Part shown: in pieces, positions 23,301 through 64,000 of the stretch
Numbering within the stretch: position 1 is the first letter of the stretch
How the letters are laid out: each line of letters starts with the position of its first letter
From: Macrostomum lignano
Taxonomy: Eukaryota
NCBI GenBank assembly: GCA_002269645.1
Contig: NIVC01002290.1
Span: 62,001 to 126,000, forward strand
DNA length: 64,000 nt
Reading direction: 5' to 3'
Notes under the pieces: generated by a model
What the model was told of the DNA's origin: nothing
The model's input: the letters and a program-made list of their open reading frames with translations, nothing else
The model's database searches: none
Translations under genes and position numbers: made by a program

Positions 23301-26257
23301 TCCTGCGAGTGACGAGGATGGAGATTGCGGAACTAATGATGGGATGGGGAAAGCTGATGACGGGATGGAGAATATGATGACGGGATGGGGGATATGATGA
23401 CGGGATGGGGGAAGCTGATAATGGGATGGAGAATATTATGACGGTTTGGAAGACTCTGATGACACGATTGGGAAAAATTAATGATGGGATGGCAACATTG
23501 AAGCCAGTGGAAAGAAAGCTGGTGACTCAAAGGGGAAATTCCAAGATCAAAGTATCAAATAAAAAATTCCTGTTTCAACAGGCACCGCCAGGCCGCACCT
23601 GCAGACTGCCGCCGCAGCAGGCCTCCATAAGGATGATTGATTCCTGCGGCGTGGCCAGACAGGCCCGCAGCTGCACAAAGCCGCGATGTCCGCGCACAAG
23701 GCGAAGCACAGCGGCCTCTGTGTCCACCAGAGTCTTCATGCTGCGCTCGCCGCACATTCGCCGCCAGCGCTGCAGCTTGGCTGCTGACTCTTCACCAGTG
23801 GCGCGGTGCCGAATGTGCACCACCTTGGCAAAGCGGCCCCTGCACAAGTGTATTGATTAGTAAACACTTGGTAAATAATAATTTAGTTTGTTAGCTCATC
23901 AGGTGGCTCTTGGGTCCAAGGCGACAGTCTAACTGCAGCTAGGAGGCAACCTACTCCCATGAAGCCAAGAATTTGCACACTCCATGTCTTGAATCTTGAT
24001 GAAAACTACACAAAAAGGCCTTATTCTAATTCAGTGCAAAGCCCCAAATAAATTAATGTACTTTTGCTGAGCTACCCAAGCCATTATGAAAATATTAAAG
24101 CTTTAGAAAGTGATTGAATAGAAAAATTAGGACTTTTAGTATAAAAGCAAGCAGTCTAACCTTAAATTTCTAAAGGCTTGCTTTTTAGTGTTTTATAACC
24201 CAAAACTGTGTTTATAGAGTAGCCAGTTTGAGAATTTAAGCATGCAATTTATCTTTTCCTTATTTTGAGCAATTGCAAAAATTTTATCTATGTTCTACTT
24301 ATTTAATTTTTTGCCATTGTTGTCAAATAAAATCTGATCCTTTTTATGGCACAAGTTATATATAAGCTACTATAGAAAGAATAGCATACCAAATACTTAG
24401 ATATATAAACCTTTTTCAAGCTACTCATAATAAGAATAAAAAGCAAGCTTTTAAGAGCATGATTCTCCTACTAATGATTAAAGTGTTTGTTTGTAGTCTC
24501 AATTAGACCTAGCTTAGAGAAAGTTATATATTAAACTAATAATATTTTTTTTTTAAATTCAAAACAGAAAGTATGATTTCTAACAAAATAAAATTATAAT
24601 ACAACTAAAATCATTAGGTTCTTTTAGTGTTTGATGATCCTTGAAAATTAATTAAAAAAGTATAATTTCTGCTATTTTCTATTAATTCTATTTGAAAGTG
24701 CTACATTCAATTCAAGTAGATCAAGTCTTCAAAATTTCATAAAGGAAAAAACTTTAATGTTAGAAAATAATTAGTAAAAAGTATCAAATTTAAAAAAAAT
24801 ATATTTTGTCAAAGTTTATTGAGCTCAAGGACTAATACAAAAAATATTACCTTGAATACTTTGAAATTCTAGTGAGTTATAGAGTATTTATCTAGCTTAA
24901 CAATTAAAAAAATAGAATTTTAACAAATGGAAGTGGCTACAAGTCAAAAGGGCGATAGATCAAAAGGGCAACAGTCAAAAGGGCGACAGTCAAAAGGGCG
25001 ACAGTCAAAAGGGCGACAGTTACAGTGTATTTATATTGAAAATACGAGTTCCACGTACATTAAAAGTATTTGTTAAAAGCAGTAAACATGTATCATACTT
25101 GTATTTGTTAAAATGCGTTGTTAAAATTGTACGAGCAGTTAAAATGGGGTTGTATAAAAGCTGGACACGTATTGGACACACTATTAAATGTTAAAATGTG
25201 GTTCAGTGAGGTCCATTTATTTCACTAACTGCCTTCAGTAGATCATCCGCCGAGCGGTTGCCACGCCTGAATTCTCTCCAGTATTTGAAGTACTGGGCCT
25301 GCATACTTCAGTATCTGTTGTGCTGTACGCGGCGCATTACTCTTTGGGAGAGGAGCTGCACCTCTACGGGGATCATTCGCGCTTCATTGAATAGGAGCTT
25401 GATGAGTAGGTAGAATTGGATGTTTCCTTGCTGGGCTCTGTAGTTTAGAGTGCGATGCCAGCTCTCAAGGTTTCCCATCCTTCCACTTAAGTAGTTCTTG
25501 GTCTAATACCCTGTCGCCCTTTTGACTGTCGCCCTTTTAACTGTTGCCCTTTTCATCTGTCGCCCTTTTGATCAGTTGCCATAGAAGTTATGCTAAATTG
25601 TATAAGATATTGTCTAGATCTAAAATTCAGGTATTTATTGTTTTAAAATGAATAAATTAGGATTTAATATATAGAAAACTTGGGGTAGGTAGACCAACGC
25701 TGCTTCCAGGCAAGCAAAGCAAACAAAGAAGCTTCCTAGATCTTGTCCTATGAGTAAAATTTATTATAGTATCACTTATTTATTATTTGCAATTGTAATT
25801 ATCCTTAATTAAATTAAAGCAATTTTTATGATATTGTATAACTTCAATGAATGCTAGGTTTGTGCTAAATTTTAGAGTTAATAATTGGCCTATCTCAGAC
25901 CCCATGCCTCTGCCCTATATGGTGGCTATGCCAATATCTTAAAAAATCTAATATATTGACTAGTTCAACAATTTTCAAGAATTTATTGCAAACATACAAG
26001 CAAGGTGGGTCTTTAAACATAACAAATCTAAAACAGAGTAAGAGATAGATTTTAGCATTGCTACAAATGCAACAAAAATAAGTTGAAAAAATAAGTTCAA
26101 AAATATTTTTCTTTTCTTACCTCCCAAGCTCTTTTAATACATCATATGATTCGCTTAGGGACGAAATAGTTTCAAATGTGTTTTCTTTATCATCCGAAAG
26201 ACTTAAATCACCAGTAATATCTAAAATGCGGGTTTCTTTACAAGCTGTTTGGGGCAT
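20011..26257 (-). CDS. Ser/Thr protein kinase, DAPK/DRAK (STK17)-like, complement(join(20011..20315,22993..23302,23599..23839,26121..26257)), 330 aa
   Basis: Intact motifs ELGRGRFAKV, AAK, EAAVL, HLDVKPCN, DFG, GTPDYAAPEVLAYEP, ADLWSSG, RPTAEEA. Four exons with GT-AG ends and phases 2/0/1, total 993 nt. Confidence 0.88.
20330..21780. repeat. 30/34-bp minisatellite (gacagcctgactgagacagcggaatgtgga)
   Basis: Visible; intronic in the kinase gene. Confidence 0.96.
21773..22115. repeat. Tandem duplication of a ~184-bp block, itself internally repetitive
   Basis: gacagtgacaacagtgtaaagtgacaccaggatgaag begins at about 21773 and again at about 21957. Confidence 0.85.
22760..22975. repeat. Degenerate repeat (gcaactgaggatctgggaggctgg)
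   Basis: About 6 units directly inside the kinase exon-3 donor. Confidence 0.85.
22993..23302 (-). CDS. Kinase exon 3 (catalytic loop, DFG, APE)
   Basis: ctcgcag|GAC...TTC G|gtgagt. Confidence 0.93.
23330..23470. repeat. Degenerate ~20-bp repeat (gatgacgggatgggggatat)
   Basis: About 6 loose units next to the kinase exon-3 acceptor. Confidence 0.7.
23599..23839 (-). CDS. Kinase exon 2 (Gly loop to hinge)
   Basis: ttgtgcag|G GGC CGC TTT...CTG CAG|gtgcgg. Confidence 0.9.
24935..25580 (-). mobile_element. Non-autonomous MULE (Mutator-like) deletion derivative in kinase intron 1
   Basis: Inverted ends GGCTAC.../...GTTGCC built from 15-bp GTCAAAAGGGCGACA subrepeats. 8-bp flanks ATGGAAGT/ATAGAAGT. 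Minus-strand 25470-25203 reads LESWHRTLNYRAQQGNIQFYLLIKLLFNEAR...QYFKYWREFRRGNRSADDLLKAVSEINGPH, typical of a metazoan MULE transposase C-terminus, with one internal stop. Confidence 0.8.
26121..26257 (-). CDS. Kinase exon 1 (MPQTACKE...YDVLKELGR)
   Basis: Ends GGG AG|gtaaga, completing ELGR-GRF with exon 2; first in-frame ATG at 26257. Confidence 0.82.
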
Positions 26258-26408
26258 ATTTAAAGAATAATTCTTCTTTACAAACACAATAAAACTTTTT
26301 ATCACGTGTGCTCAGGATTTGAAGGGTCATGATTTAAACTTTTGTGGTTTCATCGAAAAATTTAAGGGCATAAAAAAACAAAACGTGTGTAATAATTGCG
26401 CTAGGTGC

Positions 26409-26416
26409 TATATAAA
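26409..26416 (+). promoter_or_regulatory. Candidate TATA box in the divergent promoter region
   Basis: TATATAAA about 230 bp upstream of the otopetrin ATG. Confidence 0.3.
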
Positions 26417-26645
26417 ATAAAAAAGTCACAATTTTTTTTGTGAAAAATATAGTATCATTGAAAATATTTTCCTTACCATATCATTAAGCAGCTGCTAAAA
26501 GCCTCGATTTTTCATTACCCACGAATTTAAGCTGCTCGTTTTCATGGAACCCATAAGACCATCCGAATTTCAAATCGTTCTGAGTTGATCGATTCATGGT
26601 TTATGTTATGTCCGACACTTTGTGAAGTGAATCGAAGAATTATCT

Positions 26646-61051
<34,406 letters not shown>

Positions 61052-61064
<13 letters not shown>

Positions 61065-61465
61065 CACTAGTCTCAAGTCCAACTGACACTAGTCTCAAGT
61101 CCACCTGACACTAGTCTCAAGTCCAACTGACACTAGTCTCGAGTCCGCCTGACACTAGTCTCAAGTCCAACTGACACTAGTCTCAAGTCCACCTGACACT
61201 AGTCTCAAGTCCGCCTGACACTAGTCTCAAGTCCACCTGACACTAGTCTCAAGTCCAACTGACACTAGTCTCAAGTCCAACTGACACTAGTCTCGAGTCC
61301 GCCTGACACTAGTCTCAAGTCCACCTGACACTAGTCTCAAGTCCAACTGACACTAGTCTCAAGTCCAACTGACACTAGTCTCAAGTCCGCCTGACACTAG
61401 TCTCAAGTCCGCCTGACACTAGTCTCAAGTCCAACTGACACTAGTCTCAAATCCACCTGATACTA
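61052..61465. repeat. 22-bp minisatellite (caagtccgcctgacactagtct) starting in the last codons of otopetrin
   Basis: The first unit is the CDS end CAAGTCCGCCTGA. Confidence 0.95.
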
Positions 61466-62699
61466 GTCGCATTGGTTGATGGCAGATAGCTCGTAAGTTA
61501 CTAGTTAATTCCTTAATTTGGGAGACAGTCTAGATTGGAATGAGTCATCAATTATGGCAAATTACTGTGACTTATTGAAAGTGACTCACTAGCATTTTAT
61601 TACTCACTTATAGTGACATTAGCACTCTTATGACTCATTGATAATGACTCATTAGTATTCTTATGACTCACTGATAATGAGTACCTTTGAATCTTTGTAA
61701 ATCATTTTCAATGGATGATAAGAATTTGAATGAATGCATTCTAGAGTATACTTATGACTCATTAGAATCCTTATGAACCCTCGATAACAAATCGTTAGAA
61801 CTCTAATTCACTCATAAGTATTGCTATGACCATTAATGATCATGCACATCAGTAGTCACTCGTTGAATTTGAGTCAGGAAGACTTCAATCAGTGATAAGG
61901 ATTCTAATGAGTAATTTCTAGCTCATAGCATGCTTCCTAAGAATTACTGACAGAGAATAATTTAGCATAACAATGACTCATTGATAGTGACTACTCATTG
62001 GCAGTGAGGCATTGGTTTCCGTTGCTAACTCACAGATGATAGATAGCTGGAATTCATTTACTTAATAACAAAAATATTGTACAGATTTTTTCTGCCTTTT
62101 CTCCGCTTGTCGACAACCCAAAACCTCTGAACTGACTTGTGATCCCGCAGTTCGTGCTGCTCCTACTGCTAGCTCGTACTAGTATTAATAAATTTACAAG
62201 ACACCAATATTCTACTGTGAGTAATAAGGTTGCGTGTGATTTTGCTAACTTTTATCTCTGTGCAAATTTTTTTCAAATAATTTTAGTCACTTTGAAATTT
62301 ATTTGTTTGAATTGATTATTCGGTGTTGTTTAACTGCGTCACGGCGTCTGTTAAATTTGTTTTAATTAACGCTGTCTCCGTCTGCCCTTCTTGCTTATGA
62401 TTGCCTAAAATGCGCTTGCACCGCTAACCTGTTGCTTAAAGTCATAGCGCTAACTTTGATAGAAAATTTCGCTTCATTCACCATGCGTAAAAATCCGCTT
62501 TTTCTGTCATTTTTTTAGTCTGCGTTTCTGCGAGAATTAAAATGACAATGTTGCATTCGAACAATTTATTGACAAACTAATAAAAACTGTAAACTGAAGT
62601 TCGCTATTTGAGTTGAGAGCCAGCATTGCCGATTTAATTTTTACACTTCATCTGACTGTTTATTCAGATAGTGGAAATCTTACACTGTCTTTCCTCGGA

Positions 62700-63500
62700 C
62701 ACAGGCAGTACACAGACTGTAGACAGGCAGTACACAGACTGTAGGCAGGCAGTACACAGACTTAGACAGTACACATACTTAGACAGTACACAGACTTAGA
62801 CAGTACACAGACTTAGACAGTACACAGACTGTAGACAGGCAGTACACAGACTGTAGACAGTGCAGTACACAGACTTGAGACAGGCAGTACACAGACTTAG
62901 ACAGTACACAGACTTAGACAGTACACAGACTTAGACAGTACACAGACTTAGACAGTACACAGACTTAGACAGTACACAGACTTAGACAGTACACAGACTT
63001 AGACAGTACACAGACTTAGACAGTACACAGACTTAGACAGTACACAGACTTAGACAGTACACAGACTTAGACAGTACACAGACTTTGACAGTACACAGAC
63101 TGTAGACAGGCAGTACACAGACTTGAGACAGGGCAGTACACAGACTTGAGACAGGCAGTACACAGACTGTAGACAGGCAGTACACAGACTGTAGACAGAC
63201 AGTACACAGACTGTAGACAGGCAGTACACAGACTGTAGACAGGGCAGTACACAGACTGTAGACAGGCAGTACACAGACTGTAGACAGGGCAGTACACAGA
63301 CTTGAGACAGGCAGTACACAGACTGTAGACAGGGCAGTACACAGACTTGAGACAGGCAGTACATAGACTGTAGACAGGGCAGTACACAGACTTGAGACAG
63401 GCAGTACACAGACTGTAGACAGGCAGTACACAGACTGTAGACAGGCAGTACACAGACTGTAGACAGGCGGTACACAGACTGTAGACAGGGCAGTACACAG
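62700..63500. repeat. 17/22-bp compound minisatellite (cagtacacagacttaga / cagtacacagactgtagacagg)
   Basis: Visible. Confidence 0.95.
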
Positions 63501-64000
63501 AAATTTCACAAGCTGTATATATTGCATGTAAGTATACAGGCTTATATAGGTTGTTCACAGGTACTATAATAGTACACATGGTATGTGCACAGTCGTCAAT
63601 TCACAGAATTTTGCAAGCCTTTCACAGAACACAGACAGACCTGAATTCCAGCTTTTGAATTCAGTTCAATTCGAGCAAACACACTGAAGCATTCAGTTCT
63701 GAAGCCCATGAAAAGCATTAAGAAGATAAAGAGAGGGCCTATTGTAAGCCGCACCAGAAGCAGCAATAAATTACCAGCAGATTTAGGAGCAGAAGCGTCT
63801 GCAACACTAAGCGCTGGCTACTTGCAGAACAAACCAGATGCAACCTTCTTTAAGAAACATCAAGGGAGCCGCACTAAGCAAACAGGAATTTGCAAACAGG
63901 AACTCAATACTTCCTCTTTAAAGCGATATATTTTAACAAGGGAGAATGCCAGGTAGCTGGGAAAATATTGCATAATAATACAAGCCAATGTTCGCGATGC

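Noticed and set aside
63708-63956. Short ORF ending at a possible donor CAG|gtagct
   Set aside because: It could be a first exon of the next gene, but there is no homology or downstream exon within the window to support it.

Overview
Eukaryotic (metazoan) genomic DNA. Very GC-rich spliced exons sit among about 34 mini/microsatellite arrays, which I estimate by hand cover about 40% of the window. This style resembles the flatworm Macrostomum (inference, not verified). Contents in order: (1) the 5' part of a degenerate APE-RT non-LTR retrotransposon (R1/LOA-like) on the minus strand, about 1-3790, with a full-length tRNA-derived SINE (14-bp TSD) beside or in its 5' end; (2) an orphan terminal exon of a membrane protein; (3) a two-coding-exon NHL-repeat gene, join(10547..11036,13832..14679); (4) a DAPK/DRAK-like Ser/Thr kinase, complement(join(20011..20315,22993..23302,23599..23839,26121..26257)), 330 aa; (5) head-to-head with it, an 8-exon otopetrin proton-channel gene, join(26646..27181,27256..27566,31571..31781,35917..36031,39418..39694,54420..54583,58829..59126,60151..61064), 941 aa, with all splice phases consistent. 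There are also a MULE deletion derivative, two MITE-like elements and further SINE copies. The most notable observations are: substitutions at conserved otopetrin proton-pathway motifs; tandem arrays ending right at splice acceptors; complementary (GATA)n and (TATC)n tracts flanking otopetrin exons 4-5; an AP-1-site array; and a B-box array. Most long ORFs in the supplied track are artefacts of tandem repeats. All work was by eye; no database searches were run.
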